A stretch of DNA of 64,000 nucleotides, from the NCBI RefSeq assembly GCF_006345805.1, contig NC_043016.1, forward strand, positions 16,182,001-16,246,000, read 5' to 3'. Shown piece by piece: positions 1 through 12,618 of the stretch. The position numbers and the translations under genes were made by a program. Source of the DNA: Octopus sinensis. Lineage: Eukaryota. The notes beneath the pieces are model-generated. The model saw only the letters and a list, made by a program, of their open reading frames with translations, had not been told where the DNA came from and ran no database searches. Positions within the stretch are counted from its first letter, which is position 1; every line of letters begins with the position of its first letter.

Positions 1-900
1 CTCTGCCACTCGGGCCAGTCGAGCGGCTTTCGTTCCTGTTTATCTTAGAGCACGCACCTTAGCTCTGACGATTCAACCTTCGTGTTTAGCGTGCGGTCCG
101 CACGTCGGTTGTAATACCTTTTCTAAGCGTCTCTTCTAAATTTCTAACTAAATTACCTTTTATTTTATTCTTTTTTATCACTAATGTTTTACCTGATTCT
201 ATTCTAATTGATTCTACTCTAATTGCCCACTTACGCTAAAAGTCGAGTCTTTCCTCGGAAAACCTCCAGAAGTCTGAAGAAATTCGGTTGTTCTGCTCTT
301 ATCGGAGTACAAACAGTCACTAGTCTGAAGGCATTCCGTCACTAATGTTCACATTTAGGACCACCAATTTACCTTCTGAGTCCAGGAAGATAGTCCATAT
401 CTTGAGATCCAGACTTCTCTGGAACAACACCGCAGTTCCACCCCCATTTCCAGTTGACATGGAGATAAATAGATCTTGTATCCACCGAAAATGGGCCTGA
501 GAGCTTGTCGGTCGGAGAGTCTGGTTTCACTGATAGCCACAATATCTACACTTAGCGACCTGAGGTCGTTGATTAGATGGCCTTGTTTCCAAGACCACCG
601 CTGGCTACGTGAATTTATGCTGCCTATGGTAAGCAAGGAATGGAAGCGGAAAGGGTTACCTACAGTGATTTTGTTGGCGGGGTGTGTGTGTATGTGGGGG
701 GGATGTTCCGTCCCCATGGCTATATGTGGGTGCTTTCATGAGCACTTCTTTATACAGTATTTTGTTGGTATCTCTCCTGAAAGCCCCAACTCTTTCAGGA
801 TATTTAGTTTTTATGGCGCTGTATGCTATTTGTGATGTTAGGATGACTTTTATTTGTTTTGGTATGTTGTTTGTTTTGTGTGATCTGTTAGGTCCTGCCG
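1..900 (-). mobile_element. L1/Tx1-type non-LTR retrotransposon fragment: N-terminal APE endonuclease with an internal deletion
   Basis: Minus ORF 355-717 contains GHLINDLRSLSVDIVAISETRL (APE motif). After frameshifts it continues AFRLVTVCTP..FFRLLEVF...VGN, then jumps to the post-EN linker (near 215). The left boundary runs off the window; the right boundary is approximate. Confidence 0.75.
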
Positions 901-1039
901 ATAACTAAATCGCTTCGATTTATTGTCGTTAGGGTTTTTTCTGTCTCCTACCCTTCAACCTGTCTGAAGATTTCTCTCCCTCCATCATAGCTCTCCGGGT
1001 CAATGGAGCACACAGGCAATTCACCGCGACAAGGTACCT

Positions 1040-1650
1040 GTTGAATTGGCCGTTGACTACACAGTAGTGAGAGACGGTAAGTCACTGAAGGTAGTTGAAA
1101 ATTTCAAATACCTTGGTGCGTGGATACAAAGTACTGAAAAAGACATTGTAGCAAGGAAAGCTCTTGCCTGGAGCGCATGCCATAGATTGAGAAAGGTATG
1201 GAGTTCAAAGTTAGCCAGGAAATTGAAAGTGAGGTTGTTTCTGGCAACAGTGGAGTCTGTTCTTCTATACGGGGTTGAAACATGGATGCTCACTAAAGTA
1301 TTGAAGAAGCAGTTGGATGGTTATTATACAAGGATGCTTAGAATGGCACTCAATGTCTCCTGGAAGAGTCATACAACAAACACCGACTTATACCAGGGAC
1401 TACCAAAAGTAACACTGAAGATACAGCATAGAAGGATGAGGTCAGATGGACACCGCATCGGACACACCAAGGAAATTGCTAACAATCTCGTGTTCTGGAA
1501 ACCAACGAAGAACAAGGAGAGGAAAGAGGAAGCTGACCTATATCGACAACTTACTGGAGAATACTGGTATGGAAGGGGTAGAGGAGCTGAGGACCATTAC
1601 GGAAGATCGAGATGAACGGGGGAAACATGTGGGACGGCCTAGATGAGATT
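1040..1650 (+). mobile_element. 5'-truncated RTE-clade LINE, RT C-terminal/thumb region
   Basis: ORF 1046-1615: VENFKYLG, KVRLFLATVESVLLYGVETW, LDGYYTRMLRMALNVSW; typical RTE C-terminal motifs. Confidence 0.85.
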
Positions 1651-2072
1651 GTTGGGGTGATTTGTCAGGTGTGTAGGGAGTCCGTATGGTCGAGCGTTCC
1701 ATCAGTCCTTTACTGTTCGTGTTTATTGTTGTGTTGTTGACGATGTTTGAATTTTGCTGGTGTTAGGATGTGCGATCGGAGGGTTGTGTGTGTGAACCAG
1801 GTTGCACTCGTGATGGTTGTGTCTGTGATAGTAGTGGTGGTGCTGGTGGGGGTGATATGGTTGACAATACTGGTGTGACTGCTGTTGGGGGTGGTATTTG
1901 TTTCTAAAGGCGTCACTCCCAACTCCGTTCATGCCAGCCAGTTTTTTTTTTGTGTTGATGTCGGTGTGTTTTTGTTTTTTCCCCTTTATTATGCCTGCCG
2001 ACTTTTTGCCATTTAGGCTCTTTGTCGTCCCCCTCACCACAGTTAGTGATCCTTAAGCAGTTAGTGACTACC

Positions 2073-2248
2073 AAGAAGAAGAAGAAGAAGAAGAAGAAGA
2101 AGAAGAAGAAGAAGGAGGAGGAGGAGGAGGAGGAGGTGGAGGAGGTGGAGGAGGAGGAGGAGGAGGAAGATGAGGGTGATGAGGAGGAGGAGGATGAGGA
2201 GGAGGATGAGGATGATGATGATGATGATGAGGAGGAGGAGGAGGAGGG
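2073..2248 (+). repeat. Compound (GAA)n/(GAG)n/(GAT)n microsatellite
   Basis: Read directly; explains the poly-K/E/D ORF 2022-2309. Confidence 0.95.
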
Positions 2249-2539
2249 AGAGACGGGGAAAGTATTTGATGACCGTCAGAAGCTGGCCTCAGGAAGACTG
2301 GCCCCGTAATGTGCTAAATTTTGTGAGGGCATGAAGGTCACTGACTGCCGACAGCTGTAGTTATGGCACACGAAAAGAGATGGAAGATTGCAATAAAATG
2401 TGAATTCTTTTAAGCTCCGAGATTATAGAAATGAAAGTTTTAAGCAGCTTTTCCATAATTCAAGAATACTTTAACAAATGAAATAAGGTTCTGGAAGGAA
2501 AAAAAAAGAAGAAACTTTTTACATGTAGATGTGTTCATG

Positions 2540-2700
2540 GCAGTATGGTTAAAAAACTCACTTCCCAACCACCTAGTTCCGGGTGGTTCCGGGTGGTTCT
2601 TTGCGCAAGTGTCTTCTGCTTTAGTTTTGGGCCGACAAATGCCTTGTGAGTAAATTTGGTAGACAGAAGCTAAAATAAGTCCGTCATAGGTATGTGTATC
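2540..2700 (+). mobile_element. tRNA-derived SINE, degenerate
   Basis: Same family as 51158-51500 and 57925-58070 (cttcccaaccac...gggcaagtgtcttct...ccttgtgagt..atttggtagac). Confidence 0.7.
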
Positions 2701-3044
2701 AGTGAGATAGCTAATAGGGGAGCAAGAGGGCCGACCGCTTCCCACCTGAGCACATTTTTCAAAATTGGCACCTTTTCAATATTTTTAAAAATTCTTTAGT
2801 TACATGTAATCATTAGTAGTTGTAAGTTTCATATCTAATGACATTGTAAGTGAAACATGAAATTAATGAACATAGAATGCAATCACACAACTTGTAACAA
2901 AGGAAGCATTTCGCGTGGTATAAGAGGAATGAGCTAACCATTATATGGAATGTTCCACCGTACCTTTTCTTTTGTGTGCACGCTTTCCCTAACTTCAGAA
3001 CCTGGCTGCATCTCTGATTTGAATGTGTTTGTGTTCTTCCTTAC

Positions 3045-3225
3045 CGCTTGACAATCGGTGTTGTTGTGTTTACATTCTCGTACACTTGCGGTTCGGCAAT
3101 GGAGACCGATAAAACGAGTACCAGAATTTAAGCGTAAGTCCTGGTGTCGATTCGTTTGATTGAAATCCCTTCAAGGTGGTGCCCCAGCATGGCCACAGTC
3201 CGGTGAGCGAAACAAGTAAAAGGTA
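3045..3225 (+). mobile_element. SINE 3' module
   Basis: cgcttgacaa..gcggttcggca..gagaccgata...ccagcatggcc.cagtc..gaaacaagtaaaag; same as the 3' part of 51158-51500. Confidence 0.7.
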
Positions 3226-3995
3226 AAGTGCTGGTCAGGGTTGTGTAAGAGGATAAGTTGCGGGTACAGGGAAATGTCCAGTTGACCTTTTCTAGAGAGA
3301 AGAAATGGTTGGAATTAGGAGGCAGCAGCTGGGCTTCGATGGAATCGACGATTCAGATGACATTGATTTATTGGAACCGCATTCAGAAGAAATAACTGAC
3401 CACAAAACCTCTTAATTGAAAATCGATAGAACACACTGGAAACGGTGGACAATCAAATACGGAATGAAAACGAACGATATGCGAAGGAAATGACTGCGAA
3501 AGAATTTAATGGGAGGCTGCAAGAATTTGAAAAGGTCAAGTTACTAAACGATGTATAAATCGCGACGCTAATGCCGGACGAAGTTTCTCGAAATGTGGAC
3601 AAAAATTCTTCACTCTTCGCAGAGTACAGAAAATACAAATATAGTAAAAAGAAGGGAAAAGAAATCTAAAAAAAAATAATAAAAATGTCGCTTAAACTAA
3701 ACGTGATTAAGAATATAAAAAATTGTATTCATAAAAGAACTTAATCATTCCTTTTATGTATACAGTGGTAAAGTATAATGCTTCATTTCTGCTAAACTGT
3801 TGAATAATGAACACACATTCACTGTTTATTATTTTAGATAAATAAATAACAACAAAGAAAGGAAAACATTATTATATTACTTCGAAATTTTTAAGAAAAT
3901 TGCTCAAAAAATTTCAATTAAACATCTTGAAACAAACATACGCCCGCGCGCGCTGACACGCACCACACACACACACACACGCTCAAGCCTACATA

Positions 3996-4727
3996 TAAAC
4001 GTTTGTGTGCGTTTGCATATATATATATATACTAGACATAAGTTTCATAAACTACAAAATATAAGTATCCACACTACCCCACTTGAAATGTATCCGTTAT
4101 AACTCTTTATCTCGATTTGAATGAACGTGAAGGTGTTTAGAAATGCCCAAACTTATTTCTGAAAATAAATTTGAATGATGTTTCTCTGTCCGTTACGTTT
4201 TTATGTTCGTTAACTCCTCCTTGACCGTTGGTGCAAGGACAAGGAAATTCAAACCAGCAACTTCCCTAATCCTAGGGAATGTCCTGGGGTGGATTGGAGG
4301 GCCTATTTTTTTAAGGGCCGCCTAATTGGGGCCTCACTGATACCCCTATTTTTACTGCATTTTAAATTAAATACATGACATTGGCGACCAAATCGGAGCA
4401 ATGACAATGAATTTCATACCTTGAACCTCCAGGGAGTATCGTAAGGCAGTTCAATTTCTAAAGGGCCACTTAAAAGTGGCCCCCCACTGACCCCTTATTG
4501 CTACTACATTTACCTCGTTCCTAAGCTTATTTATTAAACTATGATCAGCATCAGTGCTTAACACATTTTCAGAAATAAATTTGGGCATTCTAAATACCTT
4601 CACGTATATTCAAATCGAGATAAAGAGTTTATAACAGGTACGTTTCAGGTGGGGTAGTGTGGATATTTATATTTTGTAGTTTATGAAACTTATGTCTAAT
4701 ATATATATAAACGCACACAAACATTTA
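3996..4727. mobile_element. Fold-back/MITE-like element with long terminal inverted repeats
   Basis: 3996-4165 is the imperfect reverse complement of 4566-4727; the interior has two diverged direct repeats (aagggcc...cactga.cccc..att). Confidence 0.8.
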
Positions 4728-4849
4728 TCTCGAGAATAACTTATATAAAACTCAAAGAAAAATGTGTGTATGTGTGTGCTTTTTCTTTGAGTTTTATTGA
4801 AGTTCTTATGAGAGTTCAAGCTGGTCGTTAACAAAGTCACTAAGAGAGT

Positions 4850-5995
4850 TCCCAGTGTTTGTAAATATGTGCTCGAGTTGGTGGGTGAGTTGAACTATCG
4901 ATGCATTCACTCAACTGCGTGCATCTATTCACATAATTTCCGGTGGAAAATTTTTGAAATGTCTTACAAATCTTCACTGTGCCACGAACAGATTGGATTT
5001 AGAGAATCCGCATCAGTTTCTTTGGCTCTTTTTTTTCTTTTTCATGAAACTGAATATTTCTAGATTTTTGTGCCAATTTCTTGGTACATAACTTAATGCC
5101 CCAATGACGATAGGTAAAAACGAGAATTCATAGTCAGGCCACAAGAGCTTAAGTTCTGCATTAATTCGTCATGAATTTTCTCTTTTTCTTGGACTTTTGA
5201 TTGTACATTCACGTCTGCTGGGCAGCTGACATCTACAATAGAGCATGACTTTTGTTCCATGTCCCACAGAACAATATCAGGTCTGTTATGTTTGCACCGA
5301 ATTGATGTTTTTATTTGGGTGTTCCACCAGTATTCCTTATTTTTAAAGGTGTGAATACCTACTGGTTCTGACATGCCTTTTTGATATATACGTTAAGGGC
5401 AATCCTTCCTGCGGACACCATTGTAAATAATCTTTACTACTTTATCAAGCCTCGTTTCGGAACAGCTGCTGATGTGTGTGATATCATTGACACTGGTATA
5501 GCAAAGCCGACATATTTTACTACTGCGTAGAGGTTAGTGGTGCTCTTGTCCATCTGATTTAGCAGGTATTTAGTAGCTTTCAGCTGTTCATGGATAGCGA
5601 CGGCATATCCCTCTGGGTGGGATGTATCTATCGCAGGTCCAGAAGATGCTACTCTTCCTGTCAATGCTGTTGTTATCCTCTAACTGGCGGAATATGGCGC
5701 TCGTATGATGCCTGCTTCTCCTTCTGTTAAGGTTGGTCGGTCAAACTTCCTTTGAGACAATTGTATTCTCAGAGCACCCGTACAGTAGTTCTTCTCCAAA
5801 TCTGAAGATGTCCTTACTCTCACTTCCCAGTATGCATGGGATGCGCACATTCCTTTCTTTACTGTCCAGCAGGTTTTGTCTGAGTGATACAATGCTGCTT
5901 GGACTCACCTTACGCCTCTACCACCATCATTTCATCTCACATAAATCCTATGGGAGTCGCTGTTGGAGTGGCAGTTGCCAGTGGTGGTCAGTATC
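4850..5995 (-). mobile_element. 5'-truncated R4/Dong-like (restriction-like endonuclease) non-LTR retrotransposon, degenerate
   Basis: Minus strand: KILTTTGNCHSNSDSHRIYVR*NDGGRG, zinc knuckle CRLCYTSVNDITHISSC, RLE motif HNRPDIVLWD..CSIVDVSCPAD..EKEKIHDEL, and C-terminal SVRGTVKICKTFQKF. Clade assignment is from remembered motifs. Confidence 0.75.
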
Positions 5996-6013
5996 TTTTT
6001 TTGGTTTTGATGT

Positions 6014-6092
6014 AAGTATGTATGTATGTATGTATGTATGTATGTATGTATGTATGTATGTATGTATGTGTGTGTGTGTGTATGTGTGTGTG

Positions 6093-6130
<38 letters not shown>
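6014..6130 (+). repeat. (TATG)n/(TG)n/(TA)n compound microsatellite
   Basis: Read directly. Confidence 0.95.
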
Positions 6131-6131
<1 letters not shown>

Positions 6132-6159
6132 AATACTTTTTTTCAGAATGAGATAAAAA

Positions 6160-6480
6160 ACCAAGGTTGTGAAGATTTTAGAACATTTATAAATAGGTCT
6201 TACAGCTGTTTCTAGGCTATTTATTATATACCTTCATCGGAGACGGTGTGAGAGGATAGTTAAGTAATAATTAATTTAGATATGATACGAAATAGAGAGT
6301 GAAGAGGAGGAATGAAAATAAATGTGAGATATGCAGGGATATTGCATTTGTAGATTCATTATTTAGGCAGAATGGTATACATTTAAGATTCTAGTACCTT
6401 GTGAATAAAATCTAATAGTATTTAAAACTGGTCATTCCAAGTATAGAGTTTGTACACAGTGCTATTGAATCAAGGATTTT
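6160..6480 (-). mobile_element. Penelope-like element 3' end fragment (same family as 56700-57790)
   Basis: Shares gtct-c.gatgaag...gaaacagctgtaagac..tttataaatgt.ct.aaa with 57710-57790. Confidence 0.55.
6197..6244 (-). ncRNA. Minimal type-I hammerhead ribozyme, core mutated (CCGAUGA)
   Basis: GUCU-CCGAUGA-AGGU..AGCCU-A-GAAAC-AGCU-GUA-AGAC: stem I 4 bp, palindromic stem III ACAGCUGU, GUA site; U4->C is probably inactivating. Confidence 0.65.
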
Positions 6481-6604
6481 ATATATATTCAGTTGAATTA
6501 GGTATTTAAATCGAGGCATCTTGTTAGAACGAACTTATTTCATCAATTAAAGGAGTCGCTCATAACGGCCGTAATGTATTAACACTTATACATTTTTGTT
6601 ACTC

Positions 6605-6648
<44 letters not shown>

Positions 6649-7239
6649 CTTTTGGAATGGTAGATCTCGAAACAGATTAATATCGGGTTAAAAATCCTCC
6701 TCGATGGTGAAATTCGAAGGCAACCCTTGGGACACAACTTGGGATAAACCTTTCTCTATCCATTCTTTGGCATCATGTTACGTGCAGAAATTATTTAAAT
6801 TGTCACGAATCAAATTTCTTCTGAATGTGTGATAAAAAGAAACATTGTGATATAATTTTGCTAACAAATTCAAAATATATAATTTCCGAAGATCTGTAGC
6901 AATTGGAGAAAGCAGATATTCCTTGGTAAGACACCGAATTTATAAAATATAACTATTCGTGTAGACACATACGTAAACATAAACATAAACATACCTACAG
7001 ATATACATATATATATGCATAAAAACCAACTTACACACACACACTAACGTATTAATTAAAAAGAAATCAATTTCAAGGTCGATAATACTCCTCATCAAAC
7101 CCAATATATATTTAAACACAGAGTGGGGTATATATAAGCCATTATAAGTATGCGAACATATAATATATAAAAACATATATATACATGTAATAATGTAATG
7201 CCGTGCTCAAATCAATGTCAGACATAAATACATACAGAC

Positions 7240-7795
7240 AAATCAAAGGGTCTCCAGCTGATGAGATAAAAGTTCACAATAATCTAAAAAGGGATGTTCT
7301 CAAATGAATCCCATAAATCCAACAGGATCTTACTGTCGTTTCCGGGAATGTACGAAGACGTGTGAAGGCGAATCCTTTTCAACTTCAGTAATCCACATTT
7401 CCTTCATCAGAGAATATGCACGGATTCAGAATTTCAAATAAAATAGAATTTTTCATGATATTCTAAGAATATGTTTAAGCAGTTGTAATTGTATACAAGT
7501 ATAAAAGTTTTATAAATTCCGGGATTCCAGGTCATTTGATTTGATTTTAGACATAAAGACCTGATACAGAGGGGGCAGCACAAGGACAGACGAACACATA
7601 AGCAGGGGGTGGGGAAATAAACGGATGAGAAAGATGGCATGAAATAATGATGAATGGATGAAATGAAGGTCACTCGAACCCCAAAATCCAAGTGACCTCA
7701 TTTAACCTTTTAATACATTTTAGACAACAATGAAAACCATTTGAAAGCACAGTTAATCATTCCATTTCGAAGTTTGTAAAATAGGTATTGTGGAA
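7240..7795 (-). mobile_element. Penelope-like element: ORF C-terminus plus 3' UTR (continuation of 9166-9790)
   Basis: Minus 7790-7720 reads YLFYKLRNGMINCAFKWFSLLSKMY*, which completes the GIY-YIG C-terminus broken near 9166; followed by a UTR with an HHR. Confidence 0.6.
7328..7413 (-). ncRNA. Type-I hammerhead ribozyme with long loop II
   Basis: UCU-CUGAUGA-A-GGAAAUGU...ACAUUCCC-G-GAAAC-GACA-GUA-AGA: intact core, stem II 7/8 bp, stem I 3 bp. Confidence 0.7.
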
Positions 7796-9165
7796 GCCTA
7801 CCGTTCGCGGCACTTCACCAGTGTTGACCTCTTGTCGCATGTCGATGACATTCTTCCCATATTTCTCCATCAGACTGAGTCGGTTCTCGTTATTCACCAG
7901 AGCGCACTCCACATGAGCCGGCCCTTCCCTTACACTCCGATACGTCTACCTTTACGGGAGAGTTCAAGTCACATTTCTCTTCTCTTAGCTCTTTATGAGT
8001 TATTGTACAAGACAATGCAACACGTTTCTCTTTTGGGGTGGGGATTGGGGAATTTCAAGCTCTTGCTTGTCTGCATTCGTGTCTATGTCTGGTGGCGAAG
8101 GGGGAGAGTTGGTGACTGTAGAGGGAGGGTGGGACAGAATGGGGCAGGGTGGAGATCGGGCGGGGTGGGGCTTCACAATTTCAACTTGTATTCTCCTCTT
8201 TCTCTTTTTCCTATTTTTTGTCGACTGTACTCCATTCCTCTTGTTTCTGCCATCGTTTGGGGTTCCTCCTCTTTGTCCAATTCCTCCTCGCACTTCTATA
8301 CCGCATGACGACGCAGGAGGTGGAGGTGCGATTTCCTGAATTACTTTGCGTCAGGCGGAGGGCACTCCGCTCTTATGTGACCCTTCTGGACACACTTGTA
8401 ACATCGGGGCGTCGTACCCTCCACCATGACTCTCAGCCTCACCTCATTGCCAACCGTTATGGTGTCGACCATCTTTTCCAGGTCCTCCGGAGCGGCCTGG
8501 ATGATCACCTCCAGGCTTTGCTCTTGCCAATTCCTTTGCGATATACGTGTAGCTTGGAGGACTACAATCTTCTCTTCTAAACCTAATAGGATGGCTGCCA
8601 CCAGCCAGGCAATATTTACCTCTGGAGGGGTTTCTTTCAACCTTACCCTGGAAGCACGGCTTCCCAGGTAAATGGGCAGAAGAGCCACCTCGTCTGTCGT
8701 AAGGGAAGTAACGGAGTGCTGCCTACCTATTGCCTCAGTTGCAAATCCCACTTCCATCGTCGCGTACTTTCTTCCTCTGGCAAGGTACGTGATGTCCGTC
8801 CAGATGGGTCGCAGCGTTTTTTCAACTTGAGACCTTGTTGCTACTTCTATCTTTTACAATTTCAGGTTTTACGTTCTGTACATTATCATCTTCTGCTCCA
8901 CTTGTTTTGTAGTCTCGCTGGGAGGGGCTCAGCTTTACTTCGTGCCCCTCCCACTTCAACTATGCCTTGAATTTTTCAAATTTCTCCCTCTCGATGCATA
9001 AATCTTCTTTTCTTCCTCTAGCTGCATCCTCAGAATTTCTCTTACTTTCCTCCTCCATTGCCTAGTCAATTATTTTTATTCTCTTCAGTGACTCGTCTTC
9101 AGATGATGTCATTTCTGACGAGCTAACACTCTCGTACATCATTTTTGATAATAGCTCTTCGTAGT
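7796..9165 (-). mobile_element. L1/Tx1-type ORF1 (gag-like, CCHC zinc knuckle) fragment without ORF2
   Basis: ORF 8341-8757 ends RCYKCVQKGHIRAEC (CX2CX4HX4C). Acidic N-terminus MMYESVSSSEMTSSEDE near 9150, Pro-rich C-terminal part; several stops and frameshifts. Confidence 0.75.
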
Positions 9166-9790
9166 ATGTTAATGGCTTCCTTAATGCATAATTTGCAAAC
9201 TTTTGTACGAGTATTATATCGAGTAGATTCATTCAGACCATTAAAAAGAAAAATTTATTATTACCATTTTTTAATTTATTGATATAAATGGTCAAGGCCG
9301 CTGAGCTTTAAGATTTCATATTTATAAACGAGTTTAAGTGCGCCCTATACCTGACTTTGAAATCAATAGTACTCCCTCTATATACTTTCTAGGGGTCCTT
9401 TAAGTAGCTTAGTTCGCACTTATATACGACGTTTCTACGTAGGCACTGACTGTTTAAAGGTCAGACGTTTCGGGATCGGAAATTGCATCTTTTATCCTCG
9501 GGACAATCATTTTCCATGTCATATCCAGCTTACTAGCATTATTATCAACCTTATTTCGTAATATAAATCTATTATTCGTTGCTATAATCAACCCCAAGTT
9601 TGGCCTCGTAGAATAAGATAATTTCAAAGATGATCTATTAAATATAGAATGATATTTATGTTCTAAGGGGAAGTTCCTATCGATTAATCTAAAAAAAAAA
9701 CATCTTAGGGAGGTTCCTAAACTGAAGGGAAAATGGAGGAGTAAACCAGATTATATCCCATTTTCGAGATGTTTTATTACCAGATTGTTT
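9166..9790 (-). mobile_element. Penelope-like element: linker plus GIY-YIG endonuclease, degenerate
   Basis: DIIWFTPPFSL..RLIDRNFP..IFNRSSLKLSYS; QCLRRNVVYKC..KVYRGSTIDFKVRYRAHLNSF..WS..KVCKLCIKEAINIL. Confidence 0.8.
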
Positions 9791-9892
9791 GCTCAAATTT
9801 TGGTTCTCCGCGATCTTATAATTCAAATGATTGCTATTCCTATTCTGTCTATATTTGAGCCTGAATTCAGTAGGATCAGTACCACAATGGAC

Positions 9893-10190
<298 letters not shown>

Positions 10191-10192
10191 CG

Positions 10193-10345
10193 ACGGGCTT
10201 CTTTCTTCTATCAAATCCACTCACAAGGCTTTGATCAAACCGAGGTAATAGCAGAAGACACTTGCCAAAGGTGCCGCGCAGCGGAATTGAACCTGGAACG
10301 ATGTGGTTGGGAAGAAAGCTTCTTACTATATTGCTACGCCTGCGT
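10193..10345 (-). mobile_element. tRNA-derived SINE head
   Basis: caaatccactcacaaggcttt..gaagacacttgcc.aaggtgcc.cgcag.gg..tgaacc; same family as 51158-51500. Confidence 0.75.
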
Positions 10346-10588
10346 TTATGTAGAAAATAGATATCTGACTAAATCAATAGTAAATTATATTATATCAGTG
10401 ATTGGATTATGGTAGATTATATCGATAAGTGTTATAGATTATAATAAACCAGAAACATGATTAAATTAGATATATCCCGCAAATTACAAAATAGGATTTT
10501 CACAATCACTCAGATATACATATTCATACATGTCCTACAATCCCCACCGAGTGTGGTGTGTGTGTGTGTGTGTGTGTGTTGTGTGTGT

Positions 10589-10626
<38 letters not shown>

Positions 10627-10829
10627 TGCGCATAAAAGACTTTTTCTATTCCCGAGCATTATACTAATACATCTGTTTGTTTTCTACACCACCTGTCTTC
10701 GTCTTTTGTTTTTTTCGTAAACTTTCCCTATATATATGTATATGTATTTATATATATATATATGTATATATACATAATTATTAGAGAGTTACCACTATAT
10801 ATATATATTTATACGCATCAATATATATA

Positions 10830-11154
10830 AGGGGTAAAGACCCCCTTCGGTCATGAATGACCATGGGATTGCACCTAGAAAGTTCCCTCCTAGACACAAG
10901 TCCGGGCAAGGTTGTTTAGGAAGGCTAGCAGTCGCCCATGCATACCACCTCCCCTCTCCACGCCACCAGTGTTATCCAAGGAAAGACAAAGGTCGATACA
11001 GCTTGGCACCAGTGACGTCGCAACTCATTTCTACAGCTGAGTGAACTGGAGCAACGTGAAATAAAGTGCCTTGCTCAAGAACACAACACGCACCCCGGTC
11101 CGGGATTCGAGCTCACAACCTCACGATCGTAAGCTCGACGCTCTAACCACTGAG

Positions 11155-11156
<2 letters not shown>
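10830..11156 (-). mobile_element. tRNA-derived SINE, apparently full length
   Basis: Minus 5' end ggctcagtggttagagcgtcgagc..gctcgaatcccgg (A and B boxes), then gttgtgttcttgagcaaggcacttta, then a non-tRNA 3' tail. Confidence 0.8.
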
Positions 11157-11221
<65 letters not shown>

Positions 11222-11984
11222 CATAGATATGTGATGGCAACGATGATAGCTACGACTGACAATGATGATGTAGATGATGAAGTTGATGGTATTTGTGGTG
11301 GCGTTGATGATGGTATTTGTGGTGTTGATGGTGGTTGTGGTAAATGATGATAGTAATCTGAAGAGGTGCGACTGTCAAAAGAGGAAGAAGGAATATTGGG
11401 GAAGCAAAAAAAGAAATAGATCAGACAAGAGAGAAGGAAGAAGTAAGACATCGCGGAATATATGGATAAAGAAAGAATAAAGCGGAAGAGGGCGCTGTAT
11501 GGCTGCTCAATAGGAGCTTGTTGAATGTAGGACACTCCGGGGAAGGAAAATGTTTATCATGCATCTATACATGTATTCACCGACCTGAACAAGGTTCATA
11601 GAACCGTGTGGCTATCACAGAAAACTCTTCTAACCGGCTTGGCTAACAGACCACGAAGTATTCCAATACGGAGGAGTATCAGACAGAGTTCTACGCAGCT
11701 GAAATCCTGGAGATCCAATTGGTGAAATTATTTCCCGAGGAGGATATATAAACCGTAAAATGTCAGGAGAATGAGCGGTGAATATATCTATTTAACGTTT
11801 AATGAATGTTGTGTATTCATTATACGCAGCCTGAACCCAACTCATATATCCTTCGTTCTGTTTGCCATGACAACAGTTAATTACAGCTCGTGACAGTGTA
11901 AAAAAAAACCCTGAAAATTGTTATGAAATTATCACGCTACAATTTCAAATAGACAGATTTTTGCAGGTAATATTTAACTTAGTA

Positions 11985-12425
11985 AAAGCGGTAGAATAGC
12001 ACGCCGGCGTTTCGTCCGTCTTTACGTTTTGAGTTCAAATTCCACCGAGGTCGGTTTTGCTATTCATATTTTCAAAGCCGATAAAATAAGAACCACTTGA
12101 GCAATGGGGTCGATGTAATCGACATGCCACCTCCCGTGAAATTGCTGGCCTTGTGCCAAAATTTGTAATCAATAGTTAACCAAGTAAATAAAGGGGCTGT
12201 GAGCTGGCAGAAACGTTAGCACACCGGACGAAATGCTGAGAGGTATTTCGTCTGCTGTTACGTTCTGAATTCAAATTCCGCCGAGGTTAACTTTGCCCTT
12301 TCATCCTTTCGGGGTCGATTAAATAAGTACCAGTTACGCATTGGGGTCGATGTAATCGACTTAATAACCTTGTCCTTGTTTGTCCCTTCTATGTTTAGCC
12401 CCTTGTGGGCAATAAAGAAATAAGA
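11985..12425 (+). mobile_element. Two adjacent SINE units
   Basis: Two copies of gagttcaaattcc.ccgaggt..actttgc...ggggtcgatgtaatcgac with different 3' tails. Confidence 0.8.
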
Positions 12426-12564
12426 AACTAAATTTAATTCTCAAAAAAGTAGAGAGAAAGAAGAAAAAGAAAATAAAAATAAAAATTATTAAAACTTTTA
12501 TTTGTTGAGGTTATCTCTACATATGTGCGATACAAATTATATCCATCTCTTATTTTTGTTACAG

Positions 12565-12618
12565 TGTTTCGTATACGAGGCGTCAGATGTAAAACATAAG
12601 ATCGAAGATGAAAAATGG
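12565..12618 (+). CDS. Candidate 54-nt host exon (CFVYEASDVKHKIEDEKW), unidentified
   Basis: Acceptor ctcttatttttgttacag, one open frame, donor TGG|GTAACA; non-repetitive; no homology recognised. Confidence 0.2.

Noticed and set aside
9459-9504. Hammerhead-like minus-strand string (ccgagga...gaaacgtc)
   Set aside because: It lies inside the PLE coding frame (RCNFRSRNV*PLNSQC), the core is defective and the stems do not pair.
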